From Phoronis australis (Eukaryota > Animalia > Phoronida), in the NCBI GenBank assembly GCA_002633005.1, contig NMRA01000697.1:62001-126000 (forward strand): 64,000 nucleotides of DNA. The letters run 5' to 3'. The translations under genes and the position numbers were made by a program. Below, in pieces: positions 11,768-24,720 of this stretch. Under the pieces are notes generated by a model. The model was not told where the DNA came from, ran no database searches, and was given only the letters and a program-made list of their open reading frames with translations. The first letter of the stretch is position 1. The number at the start of each line of letters is the position of its first letter.

Positions 11768-14003
11768 TTTTTTAAAGATCAGTCGGAACATAAATGTGGC
11801 TTTCAGTGACAAGATATAGTAACAGAACAATTCCATGAAGGTAAGTCTTTATTTCAGCAAAGAATTTACAACAATCCGTAGTATTTTCAATTAAATATTA
11901 TGCAAAATGTGCCAAAACGTCCAATAATTATGTCACTTGACTGTAAAAGTTTTTATTTATTTATTTATTTTTTTTTAATTCAGTCTGTAAATCCAATTTG
12001 GAAATACTGTTAAATTAAATAAATAAACATACATAAATAAATAAATTAAATTAAGTTGCATTAAATTAATTTTTTGCTACAGAGGACCATGCTGTATATA
12101 AGCCTTTGGCTAAAGCATGTTTTATATCTATTGTATTTTATCCTCTATCAATAAAGTTTTTATTATTATTATTATTATTAATTTAATTAACACATATGAT
12201 AAGTTTGGAGACGATTCAGTCAAGATAATTTGAAGAAAACGATAAAAATTTGTAGCGGTTGCTCGATTTTCTTTTACCGAGTGCCATTTTGAGAAAGTTA
12301 CGTAAAATCACGTATGTTGACGAATAAAAAGTACAAGGGACACAAATCTTACAAATTTCAACTGATAGTGATACCTTCCCATGCTATTTTGCAAGTGTCA
12401 CGCGCTAGCAACACACGCTTCGCTCAGTCTCGCGCTAACTTTGCCTAGGCAATTACATCGCCCTGGATGCCGCAGGCGTACAGGGGCGATAGTACATCCC
12501 CACAAATTGTTACGAATTTCAAAATACAGCAAAGAAAATCAAACGAAACATGCATATATGCATGTGGAGTTATAATTAACACTTACCATAAGTGCGGAGA
12601 CGATTCAGTCAAGATAATGTCAACAAATCGATGAAAATATGTTGCAGTTTGCTCGAGTACGTTCTTACTGGGTGCCATTTTGAGGAAGTCGTGAAATCAC
12701 GCTTGCTGACGAGTAAAAAGTCCAAGGGACACAAATCTTACAAATTTCACCAGATACCTTTATGCTACTTTGCAAGTGTCAAGCGCCAGTGTCCCACGCG
12801 TCGCTCGGTCTCGTGCTAGCCTTTGCCTAACTCACGTGACTCAGTTGAAATACTTTGTGGTTATTGCACACATGGTGAAAAAGTTAACGGTGACCAAAAA
12901 AGTGGAGTTAGAATTCTTCTCCAAAGTCACCATAATTCCCGTAACTAAGCTTCATCGAAGATATGTGTAGAAGTGGAAATGACCACTGAAGGAAGTAAAT
13001 GCTTTTTTAAGTGATAGTTTTAAGTGTGGAATGTATTTTGATGAGGTGAAAACTTAATCGGTGACAGGATTTGTCCTATCGCCCTTTTTAAATACACGGG
13101 ACGAACTTCGTACAGAAAGCGATGGGAAGTATTGTAGCTTCTAACTAGCCAAGCGAGGGGCTACGTGTTGCCTAGGTTAATGTATACTCAGTGTCCTACT
13201 TCCAAGCCATTTCAGCTCCGCGTCGCATTGCAGATAATTTAATAAAACAATGGAAAATATCGAGTAATCAGTTGTTCTCTGTTCGTCGTTGCACCAATAG
13301 TGTAGCTACTAGTAACTAGAGTAGCTACCAACTGGCTGATTTGATATAACTTCTCCTAATTTTGGTAGAGTTTCTGCCTGACCAAGTCACTTGACTTTGG
13401 TGGACTGTGGAGTTCAATAAATAAACAAATGTTTAATGAGAATTTTATGTGGTGAATTTAGTAATAATTGAGAGCATTTTACACCTTCGTTGTGATTCTG
13501 AAAGAATTTGTGAGATAACACCAAGAATTTTGATGTAAATACATGCCAATGTTAACGTCTGCTGTGGCAGTTGGTGATCACTCTGACTAGTGGGCCATAA
13601 GGCAAACACAAAATGTTTGTTGTCATTATAGACTACAAAATGAAATATGAAAAAACAGTTTAGAATAATACCACTTAACCGAGTTTTAGTTCAATTTAGA
13701 ATTGCCTGAGAATGCTTAATATCAGTTACGTCAATTTTTGCAAAATAGTTTGCTCTGAACAAATTTCCATGATGAATCATCACACAAACAGCTGGCTGGT
13801 AATAATTTGGGCTGGGAACTTCACTTTTTGAGTGACCCATGTTCATTCAGTTAGAATCCTGGGGAATGTAACAGACTTAATTTATCTAGGATTATTAAAA
13901 ACTATAATTAAAGCAGAAATTACACTGAAACGGCCGTTTTCCACTTTATGATATTGCATACCAGAAATCTGTTTGCCTGAAATGCAATGTTTTGTTTTAC
14001 TAG

Positions 14004-14078
14004 GTTCTGTCTCATCTTTGAATAAACAAAAGAAGAAGAAGAAGAAACATGATAAACAACAAAGCTCTGCTGATGAAG
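14004..14078 (+). CDS. UBTF: UBTF-like Lys-rich micro-exon (duplicate copy at 16165-16239)
   Basis: 75-nt phase 1-1 exon SVSSLNKQKKKKKKHDKQQSSADE; acceptor ttttactag, donor gtaagg. Confidence 0.75.
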
Positions 14079-16164
14079 GTAAGGTTCAGTTGTGTACAAA
14101 GGTTAGATCCAAACAGGCAGTTTGTACTGCTAGCAAGTTCATTTATAGGTCAGCATAACACAAGGTCTTGCTAGTGTTTCTTGACTGTATCAGTATGTTC
14201 TCAAAGGTGGTTGTGGTTCGTAGAGTCTTAAATTAAGATCCTTGGCCTGGGAAAGTCCTTGACTTTAGTTCTGATGGGCTCTGGGGCCTGTTCTCTAATA
14301 GTGTTGGCTTCTGTCTTTCACTTTTGGGTAAAAATAACTGAACGATTGACGTAGTCTGTTTCACAAAAATCACATGACATTACATTGTTGGACTGTCTGG
14401 AGTTGGCAGGTGGGCAACTCCGGACAGTCAGAAAACCTGAAGTTTTTCATCTCGATATTGTACTTAAATGCAGCACCATTAAGATATGAGTAGCCTGAAC
14501 AATTAAGACGTTTGATTTCATTTTTCGACCTTTTCATAGATGGAAATAGTACCAGTCATAATAGTGTGTCTAGCATGTACTCCCTGAAGCCCCTAAGTTG
14601 GCTTCACAATCACAATAGCATTTAGGAGCTTAGGCTTAAGCGTCATAAAATTTGTCTACATCTCGGAAGTCAAAAGACAGAAAATTAAGTAATCTGCATG
14701 AATAGGCAGAAGACTAATTTTTTTGAGTAAGGCAAAAGAAAAAAAATCATCTTTTGTCTATTTGTAATCAGATTTCTGATTTGGCTAAAGCAGTGTTTCC
14801 CTGGATTTCAAAAGGAGGGTGGTGGTGAATGGTCACAGGGAATACGGAGCCCAGTGCTGCAATGAAGTGTCATTGTGTGATCTCTATGTTTGAAGAATTT
14901 TGTGTCATTCTAATGTATTTCAATCACCAATTAAAGTTGCGTCAATTTTCGATTGCACATCAGGGAAGCACTCCTTGCTAAAATAGAAGTTTTGACATTA
15001 AATTATGNGTGAAAAAGTTAACGGTGACCAAAAAAGTGGAGTTAGAATTCTTCCCCAAAGTCACCTTAATTCCCTTAACTAAGCTTCATCGAAGATATGT
15101 GTAGAAGTAGAAAGGACCACTGAAGAAAGTAAATGCTTTTTTAAGTGATAGTTTTAAGTGTTGAATGTATTTTGATGAGGTGAAAACTTAATCGGTGACC
15201 GGATTTGTCCTATCGCCCGATTTAAATACACGGGACGAAATTCGTACAGAAAGCGATGGGAAGTATTGTAGCCCCTAACCAGCCAAGCGAGGGGCTACGT
15301 GTTGCCTAGGTTAATGTATACTCAGTGTCCTACTTCCAAGTCATTTCAGCTCCGCTTCGCGTTGCAGATAATTTGATAAAACAATGGAAAATATCGAGGG
15401 TATAACTTAACTTATCTGACAGTCATCAGTTGTTCTCTGTTCGTCATTGCACCAATAGTGTAGCTACTAGTAACTAGAGTAGCTACCAACTGGCTGATTT
15501 GATATAACTTCTCCTAATTTTGGTAGAGTTTCTGCCTGACCAAGTCACTTGACTTTGGTAGACTGTGGAGTTCAATAAATAAGGAAATGTTCAATCAGAA
15601 TTTTATGTGGTGCATTTAGTAATAATTGAGAGCATTTTGCACCTTCTTTGTGATTCTGAAAGAATTTGTGAGATAACACCAAGAATTTTGATGTAAATAC
15701 ATGTCAACGTTAACGTCTGCCGTGGCAGTTGGGGATCACTCCGACTAGTGGGCCATAGGCAAACACAAAATGTTTGTTGTCATTATAGTACAAAATGAAA
15801 TATGAAAAAACAATTTAGAACAATACCACTTAACGAAGTTTTAGCTCAATTTAGAATTGCCCGAGAATGCTCATCGAAGACAAATAGTTAGTCAATTTTT
15901 GCAAAATAGTTTGCTCTGAACAAATTTCCATGATGAATCATCTTACAAACAGCTGGCTGGTAATAATTTGGGCTGGGAACTTCACTTTTGGAGTGACCCA
16001 TGTTCATTCAGTTAGAATCCTGGGGAATGTAACAGACTTAATTTATCTAGGATTATTAAAAACTATAATTAAAGCAGAAATTACACTGAAACGGCCATTT
16101 TCCACTTTATGATATTGCATACCAGAAATCTGTTTGCCTGAAATTCAATGTTTTGTTTTACTAG

Positions 16165-16239
16165 GTTCTGTCTCATCTTTGAATAAACAGAAGAAGAAGA
16201 AGAAGAAACATGATAAACAACAAAGTTCTGCTGATGAAG
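16165..16239 (+). CDS. UBTF: Second copy of the UBTF-like Lys-rich micro-exon, inside the duplication
   Basis: Same peptide as 14004-14078 with two synonymous differences; may be an allelic copy. Confidence 0.5.
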
Positions 16240-17642
16240 GTAAGGTTCAGTTGTGTACAAAGGTTAGATCCAAACAGGCAGTTTGTACTGCTAGCAAGTT
16301 CATTTATAGGTCAGCATAACACAAGGTCTTGCTAGTGTTTCTTGACTGTATCAGTATGTTCTCAAAGGTGGTTGTGGTTCGTAGAGTCTTAAATTAAGAT
16401 CCTTGGCCTGGGAAAGTCCTTGACTTTAGTTCTGATGGGCTCTGGGGCCTGTTCTCTAATAGTGTTGGCTTCTGTCTTTCACTTTTGGGTAAAAATAACT
16501 GAACGATTGACGTAGTCTGTTTCACAAAAATCACATGACATTACATTGTTGGACTGTCTGGAGTTGGCAGGTGGGCAACTCCGGACAGTCAGAAAACCTG
16601 AAGTTTTTCATCTCGATATTGTACTTAAATGCAGCACCATTAAGATATGAGTAGCCTGAACAATTAAGACGTTTGATTTCATTTTTCGACCTTTTCATAG
16701 ATGGAAATAGTACCAGTCATAATAGTGTGTCTAGCATGTACTCCCTGAAGCCCCTAAGTTGGCTTCACAATCACAATAGCATTTAGGAGCTTAGGCTTAA
16801 GCGTCATAAAATTTGTCTACATCTCGGAAGTCAAAAGACAGAAAATTAAGTAATCTGCATGAATAGGCAGAAGACTAATTTTTTTGAGTAAGGCAAAAGA
16901 AAAAAAATCATCTTTTGTCTATTTGTAATCAGATTTCTGATTTGGCTAAAGCAGTGTTTCCCTGGATTTCAAAAGGAGGGTGGTGGTGAATGGTCACAGG
17001 GAATACGGAGCCCAGTGCTGCAATGAAGTGTCATTGTGTGATCTCTATGTTTGAAGAATTTTGTGTCATTCTAATGTATTTCAATCACCAATTAAAGTTG
17101 CGTCAATTTTCGATTGCACATCAGGGAAGCACTCCTTGCTAAAATAGAAGTTTTGACATTAAATTATGGGAACCATGTGCAGTTGTTGGTAGTGTCTCCG
17201 TCCAGTAGTGAAGAGGGCTCTACGCTTAGCATTATGTCAACTCACCAAATGGGACCTGGCAAAATTTCCAGGTGGCCAAGTGGGATCTGAAGCCAGCAAA
17301 TCAAGCAAACCCTGTATGGGGGTTGCAAGACTAGGCTCGCGCTAGCCGCTTGCCAGCTCGCCATTGACAAATTCTGGCGATGGTAGAGCTAAGTCTATTC
17401 GCCAACTTAGCGAATGCTTTTGCAACTTGACAATAAAAATTAATTTCAGGAAGCCTACTCGCATTTCGACTCAGTCAGCTTGAATGAAGTCTCGCCACAA
17501 ACGACATTCTTTCTTGGATTCCTATACAGTGACCAACGTCTCTAGTTAAACTACAGACGGTGGAGCTCCCATACGTGCTTTATACGCCGGAAGCTTTTTT
17601 GGTGCATTATGCCTCACACTGTTTAAAAAATCCAAGTCACGT

Positions 17643-18200
17643 TGTTATAAATACCTTTTGCGCATAGAATGTCACCTTAGGAGGCCGTCGATGTATTTAA
17701 TTCCTTCCAACTTGATGGAATACTCTCGTTATCAAACTTTTTGTTTGAGCAGTCCCTCGTTTAGTTCCCAAAATCAGTAACTCGCCATTTTAACACTGTG
17801 TGCAGCAGGTGGTATAACGTCATATCCCCAAGTTGTAATGTATCTGTATCATACTTTAAATGATAAATAATGACGTGATCATCCTACATAAAATCTCCCC
17901 GTAACACAATCCCCCCCTTTATGGATGAACATGGGAATTTATATTCCAACTACACATCATAATACTAAATATAGCGACTGAGGAAACCTGCCCCAACATA
18001 GCTCTCACCTTTAATGTATTCCACTCTGAAGCAACATGGTTTCAGGGACATGGCCCACCTCATAAATCCCTCGGGGATTTTTGCCAGGTTGCCAAGCCAA
18101 ATCTGAGGCCACATTAGCTGACTCAAGCTCTGAATTAAGAATTTTTCTTTGCCGCTCAAACCACATTGTCCTCTGACTCAACTACGGGTATTCTTGCCAT
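17643..18200 (-). mobile_element. Gypsy-type LTR retrotransposon 3' fragment (RNase H end, PPT, LTR)
   Basis: Degenerate RWAMSLKPCCFRVEYIKGESYVGAGFLSR-stop (RNase H C-terminus), then polypurine aaaggggggg, then TGTTA...TAACA LTR at about 17643-17906. Confidence 0.7.
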
Positions 18201-18904
18201 GTGAATACCTGATATAAAATGTGAAACAGACGGGAGAACATTAACGCTGCAATTAGTTAGTGCAATACATGTTGCGATTATGATTCACTACTTTTTAAAG
18301 TAATTAGTCACAAGTTTGTCAATTCTTTCTCAGAGATTTTCCCAGTTGTGAAAGGGAGTGGTGAGTTATTCATGTCCAGAACATTTTACTGAAATTGCCT
18401 CGAATTTGCATTGAATAAGCCTTGAACTACTTACATTAGTCCTAGACTTGAGAAGTCAGAAATTTTTGTATGAATGGTGATGGCCATATTTAGTCAAAGT
18501 GACTAGATGACTATCAGGATGTGAAATTGGAAGTTTACATTAAGCCAATATAAATACCCAGAATATTTAATAGTTTTCATTTCACGTGTCAATGTTTCTA
18601 ACTACAATTGTCTATGTAGTACTATACTGTACTCGATGCTGTACAGAAGTTAGTAAAAGTTAGCTTGTGTGAAAATATTGTAACAACATTACTCTTTTGA
18701 TGTCAATGTACAGTTGGACATCAAGTTATACCACTGCTAGAAATTCTGGCATTCTGCCATGTTTTACCGTTTGCTCTGTTTCTACTCATTGATGTATGTT
18801 TTACCGTTTGCTCTGTTTCTACTCATTGATGTAGGACCAATCTGAGAACATGTGTTACTAGTATAGCATAGTTTTGAGGTTGGTTTTCCGTTACATATTT
18901 CTAG

Positions 18905-18976
18905 GCTCTATATCTTCTCCAACTGTAAAGGAGGAAATGAAAAAGAAAAAGAAACATCACAGTTCTGCTGAGGCAG
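18905..18976 (+). CDS. UBTF: UBTF-like Lys-rich micro-exon
   Basis: 72-nt phase 1-1 exon GSISSPTVKEEMKKKKKHHSSAEA, similar to the 14004 exon. Confidence 0.75.
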
Positions 18977-19421
18977 GTAAATATGAATTTTGCGTATAAC
19001 TTTATTTCATATTTTTGTTATGTTTTTGAAAAACAGCCTGGTTGTATCACAGTTTTCAATAAGGTATTGCATGACCTCAAGACACCCGTTCACAAATGTG
19101 TCCTGTCAACTGTCTTACTATTACGTATCATAAGATTGATGTACAGAATTGCTCATTTGTGGTCACCATGGGGGAACAGAACCTAACTACCACGTTTAGA
19201 AGGTTTTAATGTTATGAATACACATCTACTATCATATTTGAAGTCAAGTAATAGATCAGAGTTGTGACTAGTATGCATTCGTGCATTGATTTAGGCAGTG
19301 GGTCAGACATTGATTTGCCTTCTTATTGGACAGCATGTGAACACAGTATGAGAACATTTTTCACCCTAGCTGAGTACCAGTGTTATACTTTACATCATCA
19401 GTTTATTTGGTCTTATTGCAG

Positions 19422-19487
19422 ACACGTCTGAATCGATCTCCTCTCCCCCCAAAAAGCGTGCCATTACAACAGAGTCTAGTGTAGAAG
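19422..19487 (+). CDS. UBTF: UBTF-like micro-exon
   Basis: 66-nt phase 1-1 exon DTSESISSPPKKRAITTESSVE. Confidence 0.72.
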
Positions 19488-19844
19488 GTTGGTATCCACA
19501 TGAGAATATGTTTACTGTTGCTGCGACTTTGTTTTCCTCTTAATTGCTAAAGTAGGAGTGCAGACCTTGCTCCTTTTTATTCATAGTTTGTGTCATAGGT
19601 TTTGTATGAGAATATTCTTTATTTATTGTTTGATTTTTAATGCTGAAAGTGGGAAAGAGAAATCTCAACTTGCAATTTTCTTTATAAACAATAGAGGAAT
19701 TGTTGTTGTTGTAGTTAGTTACAAATCATCTTTGTTGCATGCTTGTGGGCCATTATAAAATTTGAGTTATGTCTTCCTCCTCAAGATCACTGGTCACGTT
19801 GATTTTTAGGACGGGTCCGACTATTATTACAAATTGGTTTTTGT

Positions 19845-20959
19845 CAAGGCTTGGAATTCTCTGCAGAAACACGAATTTACGCTTTTTTGTTGTTCTGTAC
19901 GTGCATTTTTTATGTTTACCTGGAAAAAAAATCAGATTTGCAGCAAAATTTCTGCGGCAGATTTGTGTCTAACTGTGGCATTGCCGACAACATTCAGCTT
20001 GAAAAGCGGAAACTGCTCTTTATCTTTCGGAGAAATGTAAATCGTCATTGCTGGGGCATCTGGGATAGCGTGCTGTTCATCAATGGCGTCTTCATGTGGT
20101 ATTAAATCGCAGTGACAAATAGAGCGATTTTGTGTACAAAAATGTGTGGAGCTTGGAGTAGACAGAATATTTCGTGGAAGATGTGGATGAAAGAATTGGC
20201 CGTTATGTTCGCAAACAACAAAAGTCAGGGTTTGCGCTCTACAAATTTTGGCAAAGGGACGATTCCTGCGTGTGTTGCCGAATCGCCTTGGAGGACCACC
20301 AGAAAACGGTGAAACACAAGACAGAAAACGTTATATTTTCAAGTTTGATTTTGGAAAATGTCTTTTATTCTGACTGACTCTAGTTTTGCAGTTCAAGAGA
20401 GAAGTAATCACATGACAGGTTCTGAATAATCTGCTTAGTCTAATCCATTGTTTACAAATTCTGCCAGCCTATTTTCAGGGTTCTGGTAGTTATTTCTTGT
20501 GTAAAATGAGACACATTGTTGGTTGTACATCAGCGTGGCCTATGAACAATTAACACCTGCACTCACTGTTTCGAAACTGAAAAGTTTAGCCAACTTAGGC
20601 TTATGATTTTTTCCATGTTAACAGTTGGGGTATGAGCCACTGGTTTTCATTTTGGCTTTTTCCATGTTGTGAAGTTTTGGGGTTTTATAAGTGAAAAAAA
20701 GCTTTGTCAGTGATAGTTGAAAGAATATTATCAGTTGTTGTATTGTTGTATAAGATGTGATTTTATAGACATCTAATGAATAATAAATGTTCACATTGAG
20801 ATCTACACCTNTTAGTGGGTTTTGCCAATACAACAAAATTACAGGGCATCTTGCTCTAAAAGTGTTTATTTTCGATCTGTTGAGGTATGCTTGTTTAGAT
20901 TGCAATGTGTATTTGGGGGCAGTGAAAAATCTTTTTGTGATGGGTCATTCCAAGCCCTG
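19845..20959 (+). mobile_element. Non-autonomous hAT-like element, copy 1
   Basis: TIR caaggcttggaat / attccaagccctg; near 6-bp TSD ttttgt / gtttgt; homologous to 41410-42978. Confidence 0.75.
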
Positions 20960-22063
20960 GTTTGTCTCTGCTTCAATATTGACCAAATTCCTCGATGGGT
21001 CTTGACGAAATAGTGTGTACGGGTCCTATGTATGAGAGCACAACTGACGTTTTGGTCCACTTATAAATAATTATGTTATACATAAATATGTTGCTTCTCA
21101 TATACCATTTGGACCAATGTTCCATTACTCTGTGAAAACATCTCCATCAAAAAACTACAAGCAATATACACAGATTATCCGAGACATTTGTCATCACTGA
21201 GGGCATAAATTTTCTTCAAAATGCTCTTACACTCCCTTGTGTCATATCTTGAAACTTTGCTGTAAAAACATTATTGAAAACTGTCTTTCCTGAGAAATTC
21301 TCCAAATGACAAGTTTTTCTACTGAATAGTTGACAATTGAATGAAAGGGTTGATTACACACTGCTCTCTACCACAAAAGGTTGACAGCTGTATGGTCACT
21401 CCTCCCTTGTTGCAATTTTAGTGTTTTTTCATCTGCCCCAGTATCTACCAAGTTCTTTGACGGATCTTTTCCTATTGAGGCTTAGCTGGTGTTAATTTTT
21501 GGGCTGGTCCGACAACACTACTGCCTTCTAGTGGCACACTGGCATTCCATCCAACTTTTCTACATTCTATGATCGTCTCTGATTTGACCCATGTGTTTTG
21601 AAGAGAGCACAGCTGATGTTCATTTTCAGATGGATCTGAGTGCCGTAGAAATGTTTGAAAAAATGAGCACCCCTTATTTATCTGTCATGATGCACATGGT
21701 GGGCGCTTATCAGCACTCTGCACTTCTTTTAGTGTGTGATGTTGTCCGATGTTTCTTATTTTGTTATCAACACAATTGGTATTATTGCCCTAAGTCACAA
21801 TAATTGCTAATCGTAACAAATTTTTGTATGCATTTTGTCAGTCGATTTTTTTTGTGTGTAATAAATTGTCCAAGTAATTTACCCCAGTCTCCACAGTCGT
21901 CTAGTGGCAATGCTGTGTACTTTTTGTTTACGAATTAGACTGGTATTTGTTCTGACTAATTGCAGCATACAGCTCCAGGTAACTGTAGTCCTTGGCAAAT
22001 ATCTCATTATGTGTGTTTTTGCAAACAATTAAAAGGACCCACATGTTTGTATTTTCACTGCAG

Positions 22064-22120
22064 AAAACAGTGGGTCTTCACCTCCAACTAAGAAGCAGAA
22101 AACGAAATCGAATGCTAATG
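22064..22120 (+). CDS. UBTF: UBTF-like micro-exon
   Basis: 57-nt phase 1-1 exon ENSGSSPPTKKQKTKSNAN; ctgcag acceptor, gtgagt donor. Confidence 0.75.
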
Positions 22121-22467
22121 GTGAGTATTATTTATGTATGTGTTAGTCACTAATAGTTAAGAAGCAATACCTCACATTCTATACACCTGTATCTGGACTT
22201 ATATGCTTACTTGGGAGATCCTCAAGCAAAATTTCAAAATAGCATGTGAGTGAAACTTGGAACTGTCTGTAACAAAACTATTGATGTTGATGTGTAGTCA
22301 CCTTAATGTTAATAAGTGTTGCAAATAAACTTTGATTATTTAAATAAAAAGTACTAAAAGTGAGCAAAAGACTGAAAAACACCATGGTATTGCGGAGTGC
22401 ATTTAAATGTGATGCCTACACATATGCGCCTATATGTGAAATGTTTTGGCAATTTTGTTTAAGTGCA

Positions 22468-22880
22468 TTATGTAGGACATAGTCATACAGCTCATGTATA
22501 TGTAGAACATAGATATACAGCACATGTATATGTAGGACATAGACATACAGTTCATGTATATGTAGGACATAGACATACAGCTCATGTATATGTAGGACAT
22601 AGACATACAGCACATGTATATGTAGGACATAGACATACATCACATGTATATGTAGGACATAGACATACAGTTCATGTATATGTAGGACATAGACATACAG
22701 CTCATGTATATGTAGGACATAGACATACAGCACATGTATATGTAGGACATAGACATACAGCACATGTATATGTAGGACATAGACATACAGCACATGTATA
22801 TGTAGGACATAGACGTACAGCTCATGTATATGTAGGACATAGACATACAGCACATGTATGTGTAGGACATAGACATACAG
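22468..22880. repeat. 30-bp minisatellite, about 13-14 copies
   Basis: Unit catgtatatgtaggacatagacatacagNN, varying mainly at two positions. Confidence 0.97.
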
Positions 22881-23021
22881 CGTTAAATACATGTTTATGT
22901 AGCATATGCTGTTTGCAATTTCTAGTATTTGTGTTTTGTCTCTTAATTGTTTATTGATTGGCTGTGATTAATGTTAGACATCCAAAATTCACCTTTGTGT
23001 GTTTTGTTTTGACCTCACCAG

Positions 23022-23230
23022 CTGAAGGGGCGTCCACCAATAATCTTGATTCAGTAACATGGGGTGCAGAGGACGCTGACACATTATTGTCACGAATCAA
23101 AGAGGTGCTACCTGCACATGATGAGTTAAAGTTTTCTACTCGTGAGCAAAGATTAGATTGGAAAGCCGTCGCTTTCGGACCTTACTCACCTGAAGATTGC
23201 AGGAATAAATGGTTGAAATTGTCATCCAAG
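23022..23230 (+). CDS. UBTF: UBTF-like exon, N-terminal dimerisation (SANT-like) domain
   Basis: WGAEDADTLLSRIKEVLPAHDELKFSTREQRLDWKAVAFGPYSPEDCRNKWLKLSSK parallels the UBF motif W..ED..TLL...K..LP..D..KF.T.E...DW..VAF..S...C..KW. Confidence 0.92.
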
Positions 23231-23295
23231 GTATTTGAATTGGCAAATTGCCCTGTTTTAGGATTTCCAACCACCATAGGCTATGTGTTAATTAA

Positions 23296-23726
23296 TGTCT
23301 GGACCATCGCCACACAAATAAAAAAAGTTCATGTTCAATTCAATGTGTCGTCTTATCATTAGACATCATCAGGATCATATTTACAACAATTTAGGACAAC
23401 AAGTGCCAACATACAGCTCAGGTAGCATCCATAAAGTGAAATGAGAGTTACAGGGAATATAGTCAGTAGCTGGTCATCACCATAGTTGCAGAGTCACAGA
23501 GCTCTGCATGTTATTCAGAGAATCAGTGGCATGCTGGTTCTGAATGGCCAATGACTCTTTAATGTACAGTAACTCCTTATTAGGTTCTCTGCAGATAATA
23601 CTAACAGAGTTGGCTTGGTGATTTTTGCTAACACAATGTAAATATGATCCTGATGATATCTAATGAAAAGATGAAACGTTGAAGTGAACATGAACTTTAT
23701 AATTTGTGCGGCAATCGTCCGGTTTT
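23296..23726. mobile_element. MITE with about 90-bp imperfect TIRs, flanked by TTAA (Kolobok/piggyBac-type target)
   Basis: aaagttcatgttca..catcaggatcatatttaca is mirrored by tgtaaatatgatcctgatg..tgaacatgaacttt. Confidence 0.65.
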
Positions 23727-24135
23727 TAATCTTATTGTGGCCAAAAACTGATTTAATTAATGTCTCCTTGTTGCAGAGGGGTCATTCTATGGGCATACGA
23801 GTGTTTGGACCGAATTCTTACGAGATAGAGGCTAGCACTGCTGTATCTTCTTAAATCATTTTATTTTCACCATAAAACACTCCCTAGATTTTCAGAAGTG
23901 TTTGGATAAAACTTCTGAAGCTGGTTAATGTCTTTACTTGCTGTTTTAGATGGTGGTGGTACTTGACTTAAAAGGCGGCTTGCATATTTATTTGCACTGG
24001 ACCATCCAGTGCCAAGTAAAGGCTTAAGAAATAGTTTCCTTTCAAGTCTACTTATTATTGAGTGCTGTGAGGCCACAATTGCAGCCAGGTAATGCTGGAC
24101 ACAATGTGTTCTTCATCATTGGTCGTCCATTTCAG

Positions 24136-24201
24136 GTGCGGCATTATCGTACTCTGACTGAGATATTTTTGGACGTGGTGAAGCTTGACAAGAAGGAGCT
24201 G
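24136..24201 (+). CDS. UBTF: UBTF-like exon
   Basis: VRHYRTLTEIFLDVVKLDKKEL matches the UBF VRKFRTLTELILD motif. Confidence 0.92.
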
Positions 24202-24720
24202 GTAAGTTCAGCTAATGTATGACTGATGTTACGTTTTTACTTTTAGCAGATAGGAAATGAAGCTTCTATGTCCTTCGGTCTTTTTGTGAAGTTTCAGTAA
24301 TTTGTTAGAATGCAAGGTGTCAAGTTTCCTATTTTTTCTTACTTTCTGTGAACTTCCTATTTTTTCCTATTTTTCACTCATGGTGAGTCCAAATAAAGAC
24401 GAACAATAAACCGTTGTTTCTCATAGCTGACATTAACTCAAAACATTGTGCTTAAAGGCGAAGGCAACCTTTTTCTATGTCATTTTGAGCTAAAATAAGG
24501 TTGGTTGGTTATCCTGGACATATTTTCCACTTAATTACAGCTTTTCGTAATTTTATTAATTACTCGTCCACTACTGCGGAAGTGACGTTTTAGGAGGCAA
24601 GCATTTCGCGCCAATTTCTTTTCATATAGTCCGACTGTGAGAGCTGCCGAGTCAGTCATTGTTCTACCTCGGTTGTGTTAAGTTCCGTCGTTGTTCGCTT
24701 TCATTTACTAGTCAGTCAAC

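Larger units (their letters stand above)
12875..17168 (+). repeat. About 2.1-kb tandem duplication (12875-15007 and 15009-17168) joined by a single N
   Basis: Copies align end to end; 5' halves differ by SNPs and indels, 3' halves look identical by eye; probably an assembly or haplotype overlap. Confidence 0.9.

Noticed and set aside
22468-22880. CRISPR-like regular array
   Set aside because: Units are contiguous with no unique spacers; eukaryotic context; no cas genes.
22416-22957. Long repetitive ORFs on both strands (YVYVLHIH.., HVYVGHRHT..)
   Set aside because: By-product of a 30-bp minisatellite in an intron; no splice or homology support.
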